The notes: generated by a model not told the origin, from the letters alone. 62,821 nucleotides of DNA, filler included, from an uncultured bacterium (GCA_964543655.1; 4 parts of 4 records of this genome joined end to end with filler, not necessarily neighbours in it); one strand, 5' to 3'. Shown: positions 29,661 to 40,725, counted from the first letter of the whole stretch. Program-made: numbers and translations.

Positions 29661-31604
29661 ATGAGAAATTTAATTTGTTTTTTTACAATCTGTTTTATTC
29701 TGTCTCATAATTGTATTATGGCTTTAAACTTCAGAGGTGGTTATGATATTAGAAAAAGTTCTGAAAAATCAGAGAGTTTTAAAGAAAATTTCTCTTTCTT
29801 TAAAATTTTTCAACCTACTAAAAGAATTTCATTATCAAGTTCTCTAAGGTATACAAAAACTAAAAGTTCAACTCACAGAACTGAAATAATCACTCCTACT
29901 GCAAATTTTAACCTTTCAAATGATATTTTTAATTTAAATATGTCTGGGACAATGACTGAGACACGTGATACAAAAAGAAATGATTTATCAACCAACTTAA
30001 TCAATATTAGTTTATCATCTTTTTATAAAAAAATTTTAGACACAAAAATTACATACACCAAATCAAATTCAAGAGATAATGGGGCTCCTCATAAAATAAA
30101 TTTTACTACTACAAATTATGGTATTACAGTTAAGAGAAGTTTTTTTAAGTATTTAAACCTAACATATGATTTAAAAAAAGATATATCTTCAAACAGGGTG
30201 AATAAAGGAAAGGTAGTGAATAAATCTAATACTTTTATTGCGTCACTTTCTTCAATATCCTATAGAAAAAGAAAATTTTTTGCAACTTTTTCATCAAACT
30301 TTAATTATAAAAAAAATAAAACAAAGAGCACAGTTTTTGAGCCTGGATATGCAAGATTTCCAGTTAATGTTAATGCAACCTGGGATTTTAACCTAAAAGA
30401 GCCGGATAATTTTATAAAAAAGGATAATAATATCATTATTTCTGTACCAGAACAAGGATTAGATTTAATTTATTTTTATACTGATAACATTTTTTTAGAA
30501 GATGTTCCATATTTTGTAAAATGGAACATTTATTGGAGTGAAACAGGGGAAGATGACTCATGGGAGCTTTTACATTCTTATGTATCGCTACCATTTAGAT
30601 TTTCAGAGCGATTTGATAAAAAAGGATTTTTAAAATTTGAAGTTGTTGACACAAACAACCAGAAAGTTGAAATAACCACACCTTTGGTGGAATGTTATAT
30701 ATTGGAAAAAACAGATAAGAATTATGCTGTTATGAAAGTTTTTTCAAGAAGTTTCACATCAAATTATAGTATGGGATACAATTTCACAGAAAAAATAGAG
30801 TCATTTTATAACTTTAATTTTTCCCTAACAAATCCTTCTCCTGGTTATAGAGTTAGCACTATTTCACACTCTTTAACAACAAGATATAATTTAACAAAAT
30901 TATTCAGCCCTTCATTTATGGTTTCTCAAAATTTAAAATATAATGAACATGCTGAGGATACATCAAATATTGATCTTTCTATTACAAATAACTTTAATTT
31001 TTTAAACACATTAAGCTCTGTTTTTTCATATTCAAAATCTATTTCATATACTGAAAACAGGAAGACCACAGCAATTGATACTTATACAATTTCAACAAAT
31101 GCAAAAATTTATCCTGATTTAATAGCAAAATGGGATAATAGCTTTGCAGTTACAAAAAATTATTTAAACAGCTCCACTTCAGATGTTTACACAACAAATT
31201 TAGGAATAGTTGCAAGATTCACTCCTTCAATTACAGTAACAACAAATTATTCTCTTACAAAAAATTTAAAACCAACTGCTTCTGTTAATCAAACAATAAG
31301 TTTAAATATTGCATGGAGAATTTCTGAAATGATGTTTATTAATATTGGAGAAAATGTTTCTTTGCCAGAATCTGGAAATAAAGATTTTAACCATAATCTT
31401 TCATTCTGGGTTGCTTTTACTAAAAAAATTCAGTACAATTTTACATATTCAGGGACAAATGGCAAAACTAAAAATAGTAACTTTTCAAATTTTTTGTCAT
31501 GGAAAATAAATAGAAATTTTTCTTTGAAATTATCATTTAATCAACAATTTCAGGAAGGAGATTATCAATGGGATACTTATGCAAGTATAAGTTTTACATT
31601 TTAA
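29661..31604 (+). CDS. Large outer-membrane beta-barrel protein
   Basis: Signal peptide, S/T/N-rich alternating strands, C-terminal YASISFTF; central non-barrel insertion. Confidence 0.8.
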   Translation: MRNLICFFTICFILSHNCIMALNFRGGYDIRKSSEKSESFKENFSFFKIFQPTKRISLSSSLRYTKTKSSTHRTEIITPTANFNLSNDIFNLNMSGTMTETRDTKRNDLSTNLINISLSSFYKKILDTKITYTKSNSRDNGAPHKINFTTTNYGITVKRSFFKYLNLTYDLKKDISSNRVNKGKVVNKSNTFIASLSSISYRKRKFFATFSSNFNYKKNKTKSTVFEPGYARFPVNVNATWDFNLKEPDNFIKKDNNIIISVPEQGLDLIYFYTDNIFLEDVPYFVKWNIYWSETGEDDSWELLHSYVSLPFRFSERFDKKGFLKFEVVDTNNQKVEITTPLVECYILEKTDKNYAVMKVFSRSFTSNYSMGYNFTEKIESFYNFNFSLTNPSPGYRVSTISHSLTTRYNLTKLFSPSFMVSQNLKYNEHAEDTSNIDLSITNNFNFLNTLSSVFSYSKSISYTENRKTTAIDTYTISTNAKIYPDLIAKWDNSFAVTKNYLNSSTSDVYTTNLGIVARFTPSITVTTNYSLTKNLKPTASVNQTISLNIAWRISEMMFINIGENVSLPESGNKDFNHNLSFWVAFTKKIQYNFTYSGTNGKTKNSNFSNFLSWKINRNFSLKLSFNQQFQEGDYQWDTYASISFTF

Positions 31605-32158
31605 TAATTTCAATTTTTCTTTTCTCCTCATGTGTGGGAAAAAGGAATTATGTAAAAAAAACTTTCATTAGAGAGAATGTTGATATTTCTTACATAAAAA
31701 AAGTTGCTGTTTTAACTTTTGAAAATCACACAAAACATGAAAATGCTGGTGAAATAGTCAGAGATATTGTTACTACAGAAATTCTTGCAATGAAGATTTT
31801 TGATACTGTTGGAAAAAGTATGGTTAATGCTGTTTTAATGGATGAAGTTGGTCAGGAATCCGCTGAATCAGGATTTGATAAGGAACTTCTTAAAAGAATA
31901 GCAAAAAGATTAAAAGTGGATGGTTTGATTATAGGCTCTGTTGATGCATATGGAGATAAAAGAGATGGAATGTATACCTACCCAGTTGTTACATTAACGC
32001 TACGATTAATAGATGGTAAAAGTGGTATTATTTTATGGCAAACAAGTGGGACAGAAACAGGATATAGTCTTGGTGAGAGATTATTTGGAATAAAAGCAAA
32101 AGATATTAATCAATTAACCTTTGAATTGGTTGAAAAACTTCTGTCAACTTTAAAATAA
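31568..32158 (+). CDS. CsgG/PelC-like lipoprotein
   Basis: Lipobox FSSC; KVAVLTFEN, LKVDGLIIGSV, LRLIDGKSGIILW pattern. Confidence 0.75.
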   Translation: MGYLCKYKFYILIISIFLFSSCVGKRNYVKKTFIRENVDISYIKKVAVLTFENHTKHENAGEIVRDIVTTEILAMKIFDTVGKSMVNAVLMDEVGQESAESGFDKELLKRIAKRLKVDGLIIGSVDAYGDKRDGMYTYPVVTLTLRLIDGKSGIILWQTSGTETGYSLGERLFGIKAKDINQLTFELVEKLLSTLK

Positions 32159-33604
32159 ATGAGAAAAATTTTTATAATTTTGTTTATCTTATGGATTAAT
32201 AATATTTTTGCAGCAATAGTAGTAATGCCTTTTGAAGATTTGTCAAAAGATTTAAATGGACTTGATTTGCAAATCTCAACAACTTTTGCAAATAAACTTG
32301 TTGATAGAGGTTTTGAAGTTGTGTACCCAGTTGAAATAATGAACTATCTTGAAAAGAGAAAAAATCCAGTAACAGGATGGATTGATAGGATTTCTGCACA
32401 AGAAATTTCAAAAGTTTTTAATGCAAAATTGATATTATTAGGTACTATTATTGAAAAAAGCAGGGAAAATCTTGAGTTTTGCTTAGCTGTGAGAATGTTG
32501 ATATTGCCTGATTACAGATTAGTTTGGGGCAAGGTTGCTACTATATCAAAATCAGAGCAGATTTCAATTCTTGATTTAAAAAGAAAAAAATGGAATCAGC
32601 TTGTTAGTGAAACAATTGATAAGATATTATTTAAGATTCCAGAAACAGTTTTGACAAAATCTTTTTCACGACCTGATATGGATATAGAGTCAGTTACTAT
32701 AGAGCCAAAATTTTTAAAAAAAAATCATTATTTAAATTGTAGAGCTGTTTTGAGGTTTTCAGGAAGGATTCCAGACAAAATGTTTTTAACAGTTAATAAT
32801 AGAAAATTACCAGTTACTCTGTTTAAAAATTCATTTAATATAAAAATCAAAGCACCTGAAAAAGATAATAGATACCCAGTTGTTCTAACATGTAAGTGGG
32901 GCAAGCCATTTTATTTTTCAAAAAAATTTTTTCTGGGCTCTTTTACAGTTGATAATAAAAGACCCAGGTTTTTTCTAAATTATAAATTTGGGACAGTTTT
33001 AAATAAGAAAATATTTTTTAGCAAATTTATTAAAATTATTCCTGTAATAAAAGGTGATAAAAATATTTCAAAGTGGTTATTTGAAGTTTTTAGTGTTGAA
33101 GATAATCAAACCCTTACAAAAATTGAAAATTATGGAAACATTCCCAATTACTTTATTTGGAAAGGTTTAAATTCAAGAGGTGCTATGCTGCCAAATGGAA
33201 AATACAAATTAAGTGTAACTATATGGGATAAAGCTAAAAATGTTGCTCAGGATAGTTTGGATATATATTTAATAAAAATGATTAATCCACCTGAGGTTAC
33301 AGGTGTTGTAGAAAAGGAAAAAATTTATATAAAATTTAATTTTAAGCCTCATCCAGTGCCAATAAGTTTTTGCAGAATTGAAATTTTTGATGAAAATGGC
33401 AGCTTAATTGCTTCTAAAATATCTGAAAATGGGTTTATTAATGAAATTGAATTGCCTAATCATTTCAATATTAAAAAAGTTTATTATAATCTGATAGTTA
33501 GAGATATTCTTGGAAATAAATTGAGTATTAAAAAAAGAAGGATTGAGTTTAGAAAAATTGAAAAAGAGAAAAAGATTGAGAAAAAATGGATAAATGAATT
33601 TTAA
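32159..33604 (+). CDS. Exported protein with CsgG-like N-terminal domain and FlgD-type Ig domains
   Basis: VVMPFEDLS, AKLILLGTI, RLVWG; FIWKGLNSRGAMLPNGKYKL motif. Confidence 0.7.
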   Translation: MRKIFIILFILWINNIFAAIVVMPFEDLSKDLNGLDLQISTTFANKLVDRGFEVVYPVEIMNYLEKRKNPVTGWIDRISAQEISKVFNAKLILLGTIIEKSRENLEFCLAVRMLILPDYRLVWGKVATISKSEQISILDLKRKKWNQLVSETIDKILFKIPETVLTKSFSRPDMDIESVTIEPKFLKKNHYLNCRAVLRFSGRIPDKMFLTVNNRKLPVTLFKNSFNIKIKAPEKDNRYPVVLTCKWGKPFYFSKKFFLGSFTVDNKRPRFFLNYKFGTVLNKKIFFSKFIKIIPVIKGDKNISKWLFEVFSVEDNQTLTKIENYGNIPNYFIWKGLNSRGAMLPNGKYKLSVTIWDKAKNVAQDSLDIYLIKMINPPEVTGVVEKEKIYIKFNFKPHPVPISFCRIEIFDENGSLIASKISENGFINEIELPNHFNIKKVYYNLIVRDILGNKLSIKKRRIEFRKIEKEKKIEKKWINEF

Positions 33605-34154
33605 AAAAATAATTTTTTTAAATTTTTTTATACTAATTTTTATGGCATGTGCATCAAAATCTCCAAAGGTTTTTATGTTTCAAAATATTAAAAATAAGGA
33701 GAAAGTTGTTTTACTTCCATTAAAAAATAATTCAAAAAATATTGCAGCAGGGAGAATTATTTATAGAATTTTACTTTCTGACCTTATTAAATCAGAAAGA
33801 TTTGAGCCAATTGAAGAAGGTGAAGTTAGAAATTTTATGCAGAAAAATATGTTGTATCCAGGAGATATTCCAAATTATAATCAGCTATCTATTTTAAAAA
33901 GTATTACAAAAGCTGATATACTTATAGGCGGAGATGTCCTCGATGCAGGAAATATTAATGGTGATGTAAAAATTACTCTTATACTATGGGCAAGAGATAT
34001 TAATAATGGAAAGCTTCTCTGGACAACTTATTATGTAAAAAGAGGAGATGATTACAGAAAGATATTTCACTTTGGAAAAGTTTACTCAATTGGTGAATTA
34101 TCTTTAAAAATGATAGATGATATTGTGAAATCATGGGAAAGGGAAGGAGGATAA
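33594..34154 (+). CDS. CsgG/PelC-like lipoprotein
   Basis: Lipobox FMAC; KVVLLPLKN, ADILIGGDV, DINNGKLLW. Confidence 0.75.
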   Translation: MNFKKIIFLNFFILIFMACASKSPKVFMFQNIKNKEKVVLLPLKNNSKNIAAGRIIYRILLSDLIKSERFEPIEEGEVRNFMQKNMLYPGDIPNYNQLSILKSITKADILIGGDVLDAGNINGDVKITLILWARDINNGKLLWTTYYVKRGDDYRKIFHFGKVYSIGELSLKMIDDIVKSWEREGG

Positions 34155-34155
34155 T

Positions 34156-35745
34156 TTGAAGAAAATTATTTTAAGTTTAATCTTGGTTTGCTGTATAACC
34201 AGTTTTGCAAAAGCAAGTTATCTTGTGGAAATTAACAGTGTTAAGTACTCACCTGTTCAATTTAAAATCTGGTGGAAATTTTGGAAAGATAAAAACACAC
34301 CTTTTCCTAAGACACCTGAAAAGTTTATTAATTGGATTTTATTATCTAATGAAGCTAAGTTTATGAATCTTGATGAAGAGCCCAATTATAAACATAAATT
34401 AAATATATTTCTTCAGGTAAGGTCATTGTTACAGCTAAGATATGATGAGGTTGAAAAAAAGATAAAGATTAATCCTGACACATTAATGGAATATTATAAT
34501 AAAAAATTTTCACCTTTTTATGGAATAAAAATTTTAATGAGTGATAATGTAAGCGAATGTGCAAAATGGAAATCAGAAATTAAATCTAAGGAGGATTTTA
34601 ACAAGATTTTTGAAAGATTAAAAACAAAAGGAAAAGCAAGAAATCTTGGATGGAAAAGACCAATAAATATCCCTGAGGTTTTTAAAAAAATTGTATTTAA
34701 TGCAGAAGAGAATAAAATATATGGACCAATTAAATATAAAAAAATTTACTATCTTATTGTTGTAACAGACAAATTTGCTGGGAGTAAAAAAGATTTTCAG
34801 AAAATTCACAAAGAAGTTGCTTATAGTTACAGAAAATATATGGATAATATTTTAACAAAAGATTTAATTGAAAGACTTAAGAAAAAGTATCCAGTAACTG
34901 TTAAATGGAATTATATTAATAAAATTAAACCATTTGATAACATTTCATCAGAAATTAGCAAGAAAGTTGTCATTGAGATTGGAGATAAAAAATTAACAGG
35001 AGAAAAGTTTAAGCATGATCTTGAAAAGGATATAAATACACGTGGCCTGAGAAAAAAATTAGATGGGAAAAGATTGAAGGAGATAAAAAAATTTCTTGTT
35101 CAGAGTATTATTAGCCAGACATTGACAACAATGGAAGCTTTGAATAGGCATTATGAAAAAAGTGTTATGAAAGATATTTTCTGGTTTTACAAAAGAAATA
35201 GGTTAATTAAAGAGTTTGAAAATAAGATAATTTTGCCAAAAGTGAAGATTACAGATGCAGAAATAAAGAAATACTACAATGAGCATAAAAAAGATTTTAC
35301 CACACCAGATTTGGTTGAAATTTCTGTTATTCAAACACATGATGAAAAGCTTATAAAAAATGCTTACAAAAGGATAAAAAATGGTGAAAGTTTTTATGAA
35401 ATAGCAAGAGAAGTCCAGTTTCATGGTGCAAAGCCTGAAACAAGGAGAATGGATAATCTTGTAAAAGAGCTTAGAGATAGAGTAAAGATTATGAAGGATG
35501 GTGAAATTTCACCTATTATAAAATATAAAGATTGGTTCTTTATTGTTAAATTAATTAAAAAAGAGAAAAAGAAACTTCATGAATTTGAAAAAGTAAAAAA
35601 AAGTATAAAAAATATTATATTTAAAGAAAAATTTAAGAAATTAGAAGATGAATATTTAGAAAAATTAAAAAATAGATCAAAAATAAAAATTAATGAAAAG
35701 GAATGGGCAAAAATTAAAAAAGAACTTGGGGGCATCAATGAATAA
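34156..35745 (+). CDS. PpiC/SurA-type peptidyl-prolyl isomerase chaperone (duplicated modules)
   Basis: TTG start with SD AAGGAGG; signal peptide; ITDAEIKKYY, GESFYEIAR, GEISPII, KIKIN tail. Confidence 0.82.
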   Translation: MKKIILSLILVCCITSFAKASYLVEINSVKYSPVQFKIWWKFWKDKNTPFPKTPEKFINWILLSNEAKFMNLDEEPNYKHKLNIFLQVRSLLQLRYDEVEKKIKINPDTLMEYYNKKFSPFYGIKILMSDNVSECAKWKSEIKSKEDFNKIFERLKTKGKARNLGWKRPINIPEVFKKIVFNAEENKIYGPIKYKKIYYLIVVTDKFAGSKKDFQKIHKEVAYSYRKYMDNILTKDLIERLKKKYPVTVKWNYINKIKPFDNISSEISKKVVIEIGDKKLTGEKFKHDLEKDINTRGLRKKLDGKRLKEIKKFLVQSIISQTLTTMEALNRHYEKSVMKDIFWFYKRNRLIKEFENKIILPKVKITDAEIKKYYNEHKKDFTTPDLVEISVIQTHDEKLIKNAYKRIKNGESFYEIAREVQFHGAKPETRRMDNLVKELRDRVKIMKDGEISPIIKYKDWFFIVKLIKKEKKKLHEFEKVKKSIKNIIFKEKFKKLEDEYLEKLKNRSKIKINEKEWAKIKKELGGINE

Positions 35746-37651
35746 AAGAACAATATTTTTACTATTTTTTTGTGTTGCATTGTTGAGCTTTTGGAGATGT
35801 GCGCCCACTACCCAGGAGGTTAAACCAACCACTGTTAAAGCAAAGAAAAATTGCCTTGATTGCCACAAAGATTATTATGCAAAAGTTAGAAAAAATGGCA
35901 AATTTATCCATTCTCCTGTTGAGAAAAATCGTTGCAAAGCCTGTCATAGGACTCATGGATTAATTGGTGGCACATATTTGAAAATGGATGAGCCTAAGCT
36001 TTGTTTAATATGTCATCAGGATATTGTAAAGGCTTTTAACAAACAGGTTATACATAAACCATTTAAAAGTGGAAAATGCAACAAATGTCACAATCCTCAC
36101 TCGGCACCTGCAAAATTTCTTTTAAAAGAAAAACCAGATACTCTATGTATATCCTGCCATAAAAATATTATGTCTGGTAAAATTAAACATGAAGCTTTGA
36201 AAAATGGTTGCCTGTCGTGTCATAATGGACATGCATCGAATTTTAGTGGCCTTGTGAAGGAATCTTCCAATAAAATATGTTTAAAATGCCATAAAAATCT
36301 TGAAAAATCTCATTTTGATTTTAACGTGAAAAGGAGATGCTCTGAATGCCACAATCCTCATACTGCTAACAATAAAAAATTAATTAGAAAATATATTCAT
36401 ATACCAATGGAGAAAGGTGAGTGTAATAAATGTCACAAAAAAGACCTTACTCTTATTAAACCTGTTAAATCATTATGTAATAATTGTCATAAAAAAAATA
36501 ATTTTCAGATGTACCATTCACCATACAATAAAGGTAAATGTTTACAATGTCATGCACCTCATGCAAGTTCATTTAAAGCTCATTTAATTCAAAAAGAGAC
36601 TACTTTATGTTTGAAATGTCATCAGTATGGAAAAGAGATTAAAAAAATAAAATTTAAAACCATTCATGCTCCAATAAAAAATGGAAAGTGTATTCAGTGC
36701 CATTCTGGACATGGTTCAAATTTTAAAAATTTATTGAAAAATAGTGTAAATACTCTATGTTTGAAATGTCACTCTAAAATAAAGCGAGGTGCTTTTCAAC
36801 ATCTTAATTTTAAAGAAAAAAATTGTTTATTATGTCATAAACCTCATGAATCTAAATATAAAAAGTTATTAAAAGCTCCTCAAAAAAAATTATGTTTTAA
36901 ATGCCATAAAGAGACAAAAAAAGAGGAGATTCTTTACAGTATCCATACTCCTTTTAAAAATGGAAATTGCTCAGGATGTCATGAGCCTCACTGGGCAGAT
37001 AATAAACAGTTTCTTAAAAAGAAAAACAATTGCTCTTCATGTCATAATGAGTTTATTAAGAAAAAATCTAAAAATTTTGTTCATAAACCTTTTAAAAGAG
37101 GTGAATGTAAGATTTGCCATTCACCACATGCTTCAAATTATGCTTTTCAAATAAAAGATTCTCTTGATAAGATATGTTTTAAATGTCATAATAATTTTCA
37201 AAGAATGATGAATTCAACTAAATATGTACATGCTCCTGTGGAAAAAGGCAACTGTAATACCTGTCATGATTCTCATGGAGAAAATAACAAATTTTATCTA
37301 AAATTTAAAGTAAAGGAACTTTGTGTGCAATGCCACTTGGATATTAGCAAATCATGGAAAGATGGAAAAACTCATAAACCTGTTACAGAAAAAGATTCTT
37401 GTATAAAATGCCATTCACCTCATTTTGCTGATAATTCGAATTTTTTAAATACACCAAAAGATAAAATTTGTTTGCAATGTCATGAAGTAACCTCTGCTTT
37501 AACTGCTAAGCATGATTATATAAAGCCATCTGGTGCTTCTTGTGTTGATTGTCATGACCCTCATGGTGCACTGGAAAATAATCTTGTGTATCCAATAGAA
37601 CATGCACCTTTTAAAAAGGGTAATTGCAAAAGCTGTCATGGAGGGAGATAA
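35738..37651 (+). CDS. 26-heme cytochrome c, probable lipoprotein
   Basis: 26 CXXCH counted; start ATG 35738; hydrophobic leader ending FWRC (non-canonical lipobox). Confidence 0.93.
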   Translation: MNKRTIFLLFFCVALLSFWRCAPTTQEVKPTTVKAKKNCLDCHKDYYAKVRKNGKFIHSPVEKNRCKACHRTHGLIGGTYLKMDEPKLCLICHQDIVKAFNKQVIHKPFKSGKCNKCHNPHSAPAKFLLKEKPDTLCISCHKNIMSGKIKHEALKNGCLSCHNGHASNFSGLVKESSNKICLKCHKNLEKSHFDFNVKRRCSECHNPHTANNKKLIRKYIHIPMEKGECNKCHKKDLTLIKPVKSLCNNCHKKNNFQMYHSPYNKGKCLQCHAPHASSFKAHLIQKETTLCLKCHQYGKEIKKIKFKTIHAPIKNGKCIQCHSGHGSNFKNLLKNSVNTLCLKCHSKIKRGAFQHLNFKEKNCLLCHKPHESKYKKLLKAPQKKLCFKCHKETKKEEILYSIHTPFKNGNCSGCHEPHWADNKQFLKKKNNCSSCHNEFIKKKSKNFVHKPFKRGECKICHSPHASNYAFQIKDSLDKICFKCHNNFQRMMNSTKYVHAPVEKGNCNTCHDSHGENNKFYLKFKVKELCVQCHLDISKSWKDGKTHKPVTEKDSCIKCHSPHFADNSNFLNTPKDKICLQCHEVTSALTAKHDYIKPSGASCVDCHDPHGALENNLVYPIEHAPFKKGNCKSCHGGR

Positions 37652-38826
37652 TGAGAATAAAATTTAAAATATTTTTAGTAATTTTTCTATTAGCAGGGAC
37701 AAACCTATATTCTTTTTCAGGGGATAAATGCCTTAAATGCCATCAAAAAAAGGATATTTTCAAAGGAGCATATACTCATTCACCTGTTAAAAAAAAGGAA
37801 TGTATTTTATGCCACAGGGCTCATGCATCAAAATTTGATAATTTGTTGAATATGTCTGTTGATAAATTATGTAAAAAATGCCATGCAAATTTATTTAAAA
37901 AAGCTTTAAAAGCAAAATTTATTCATCCACCTTTTAAAAAAAATGCGTGTATCAGATGCCATGAGTCACATTCATCTAATTTTAAATCATTATTAAAAAA
38001 TCCTCCAAAAAAATTATGTGTTACATGCCATAAAACCTTAAAAACAAAGTTTAAATTTCAGCATAGTCCTTTTAAAAAGGGAAAATGCCTATCGTGTCAT
38101 ACAGATCACTATGCTGATGATATGAGGTTTATTAAAAAGAGTGGCTCAAAAATCTGTTTAAATTGCCATAAAATTAGTAACACATTAAAAAGAAAACATA
38201 GGGAAAACTTTGTTACCAATAATTGTCTTACGTGCCACAATCCACATGGGAGCAATAATAAAGCATTGTTAAGAAAAGTTTCTCACAAACCATTTGCCCA
38301 GAAAAAATGTGATACGTGTCATAAAAAAAATATAAATAGCAAGCAACTATGCATTGGATGCCACAAAAATGTTATGAAAAGTTTTGATAGAATACATAAC
38401 CATCTTCTTGGTGGAATTGATAAAAATCCATGTTTAATTTGTCATAATCCTCATGTTGGAGATAGCGAAGCACTTTTGAAAGATGCTCCATCAAGATTGT
38501 GTCAGAAATGCCATTTTGAAACATATAAACAGAAAATTTCATCTCTCTACATTCATCCTGATTGGGACAAATGCACCAATTGCCATGAAGGTCATGGTGA
38601 GAATAATATTGCAATGTTAAAAGGTGGTCCCACAAAATCTTGTGCAAAATGCCATGAAACACACACAAAATTTACACACCCCATTGGGAAGAAAATTAAG
38701 GACCCAAGAAATGGGCAAACATTATCTTGTGTAACATGTCATGACCCAATGGGAACAAATTTTAAATACAATCTTAGATTAAGCGGGGAAGGTGAGCTAT
38801 GTTTAGAATGTCACAAAAATTATTAA
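37651..38826 (+). CDS. Periplasmic 16-heme cytochrome c
   Basis: 16 CXXCH counted; ATG 37651 overlaps upstream stop; signal peptide. Confidence 0.93.
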   Translation: MRIKFKIFLVIFLLAGTNLYSFSGDKCLKCHQKKDIFKGAYTHSPVKKKECILCHRAHASKFDNLLNMSVDKLCKKCHANLFKKALKAKFIHPPFKKNACIRCHESHSSNFKSLLKNPPKKLCVTCHKTLKTKFKFQHSPFKKGKCLSCHTDHYADDMRFIKKSGSKICLNCHKISNTLKRKHRENFVTNNCLTCHNPHGSNNKALLRKVSHKPFAQKKCDTCHKKNINSKQLCIGCHKNVMKSFDRIHNHLLGGIDKNPCLICHNPHVGDSEALLKDAPSRLCQKCHFETYKQKISSLYIHPDWDKCTNCHEGHGENNIAMLKGGPTKSCAKCHETHTKFTHPIGKKIKDPRNGQTLSCVTCHDPMGTNFKYNLRLSGEGELCLECHKNY

Positions 38827-39650
38827 TACTTTTTTTCACATTACTTATTTCATTGGCTAATGCTTCAGAATGGAAGTTGATTGGCTCAATAGAAACTGGG
38901 CCATCTGGAATTCATTTGAAAAATCCTCTTTCTGTTTTTGTTTCAGCAAATTCTATTATTTACGTTACTGATTCTCAGAATGGGAGATTTATATCTTATT
39001 CTGAAAAATTAAAACCATTAAAGCAGTTTAATGCAGGTGGTGAATTAAAAACACCAGCTGGAATGATAAAAGATTCAAATGGTAATATATGGTATATAGA
39101 ACGTGCAACTAATAGCATAGGATATATAAATCTTAGAGAAAAAAAGATTATTAAAAAAAATCTTAATATTTTTCCTGATAGAATATCAATTTATAAAGAC
39201 AATATAGTAGTTGTAGACAGATTTTCTGGTAAAATCGATTTAATTAATAAGAATTTCCAAATTATAAAAAAATTATTTCCAGTTAATAAAAGCTGGAAAG
39301 GTTTTTATGATGTAAAAGTAAAAGATGATAAAATTTGTGGAATGGAAAATTTAACAGGAAGAATATTCTGCTTTAATATGGTTACTAATAAAGAGTCAAT
39401 TATTAAAATTGAGCCTAAATTGGTTCAACCTGTTTCATTTGATATTGATAAAGATTCTAATGTGTATATTATTGATAGGTATTTGAAAAAAGTTTTGATT
39501 TTCAATTCATCAGGTAAGTATGTATCATCTATGTTAACAGAAGGAGAGAGACCAGGAGAGTTATATTATCCATGGCAAATTTTAATAAAAAATAATAGAA
39601 TTTTTATAGTAGATGAGGGTAATGGAAGAATTGATGTGTTTAAATTGTAA
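38808..39650 (+). CDS. Exported NHL-repeat beta-propeller protein
   Basis: Signal peptide; IYVTDSQNGR, GELYYPWQI, IFIVDEGNGRIDVF. Confidence 0.88.
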   Translation: MSQKLLILFFTLLISLANASEWKLIGSIETGPSGIHLKNPLSVFVSANSIIYVTDSQNGRFISYSEKLKPLKQFNAGGELKTPAGMIKDSNGNIWYIERATNSIGYINLREKKIIKKNLNIFPDRISIYKDNIVVVDRFSGKIDLINKNFQIIKKLFPVNKSWKGFYDVKVKDDKICGMENLTGRIFCFNMVTNKESIIKIEPKLVQPVSFDIDKDSNVYIIDRYLKKVLIFNSSGKYVSSMLTEGERPGELYYPWQILIKNNRIFIVDEGNGRIDVFKL

Positions 39651-40725
39651 ACTTTTTATTATTTTGATTATTATTTTGTTTGCAAATTTACTTTATGGTA
39701 GGGTTACAAATAAACGATGCTCAGACTGCCATACAATGCATAATTCACAAAACAACCAGGTTGTTTTCTCTGGTGGTCCAAGCAGGGCACTTTTGACAAA
39801 TGGTTGTATTGGTTGCCATTCATCTGTTTCACCACCTGCTACTTCACCAACTGTTCCCTATATTCTTTATAGTAATTCTCCAACTTATAATTTTGATGGT
39901 GCTAAAAATACTCTTGCTGGAGGAAATTTTTATTGGGTTGCTGATAGTGGAGAAAATGATGATAAAAAGGGTCATAATGTTTATGGGATATCCTCACCTG
40001 AATCATCTTTAACACCAATAGGTTTTGATTCTGCTTATACAGACAAAGATGGAAACATACTTGGAAATAATGGTTCTTGGGATAAACAGCTAAGATGTGC
40101 AGGAGCATATGGGTGCCATGGTAAGCATTTGTCAGGATTGGGTATTGACCAGGTCTCTGCAATATATGGGGCACATCATGCAGATGATTCTGTAATAGAT
40201 GGCTCAACAGTAGGAAAAAGTTTTAGGTTCTTGTATGGAATTAAAGGAAGCGAGGATAGTGACTGGGAATTCACAACAAGTTCATCAGATCACAATGGTT
40301 ATTATGCAGTTGATAGAGTAGCAGATGTTTTTCCAGATAAAGCTTCAATAAATTATTTATGTGCAGAGTGCCATGGAGATTTTCACTCATCAAATATAGG
40401 CACAGGTTCGCCATGGTTGAGGCATCCAACTGATTATGACTTAAATAATGTATCTTCAAAGGAGTATGGAAATTATCCAAATGCATCAGAATTTTCTTCT
40501 GTTTCAAATTTACATGAATATTTTCCAGATGTACCAGTAGGTAATGATCAGGGAAGTGTTGAATCTACTGTACTTCAATCATCAGGAGATGCTATTGTTT
40601 TATGTATTTCTTGCCATAGAGCACATGGTTCCCCATATAAATTTAATTTAAGATGGGATTATTTTTCTTGGCCTTCAGGAGGAGTAAAAAATGGCTGTAA
40701 TGCATGTCATTCAGCAAAAAATTAA
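39634..40725 (+). CDS. OmcS-like hexaheme cytochrome, paralog of 28202-29284
   Basis: 5 CXXCH plus CAGAYGCH; long stretches identical to the 28202-29284 protein; start approximate. Confidence 0.87.
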   Translation: MCLNCKLFIILIIILFANLLYGRVTNKRCSDCHTMHNSQNNQVVFSGGPSRALLTNGCIGCHSSVSPPATSPTVPYILYSNSPTYNFDGAKNTLAGGNFYWVADSGENDDKKGHNVYGISSPESSLTPIGFDSAYTDKDGNILGNNGSWDKQLRCAGAYGCHGKHLSGLGIDQVSAIYGAHHADDSVIDGSTVGKSFRFLYGIKGSEDSDWEFTTSSSDHNGYYAVDRVADVFPDKASINYLCAECHGDFHSSNIGTGSPWLRHPTDYDLNNVSSKEYGNYPNASEFSSVSNLHEYFPDVPVGNDQGSVESTVLQSSGDAIVLCISCHRAHGSPYKFNLRWDYFSWPSGGVKNGCNACHSAKN

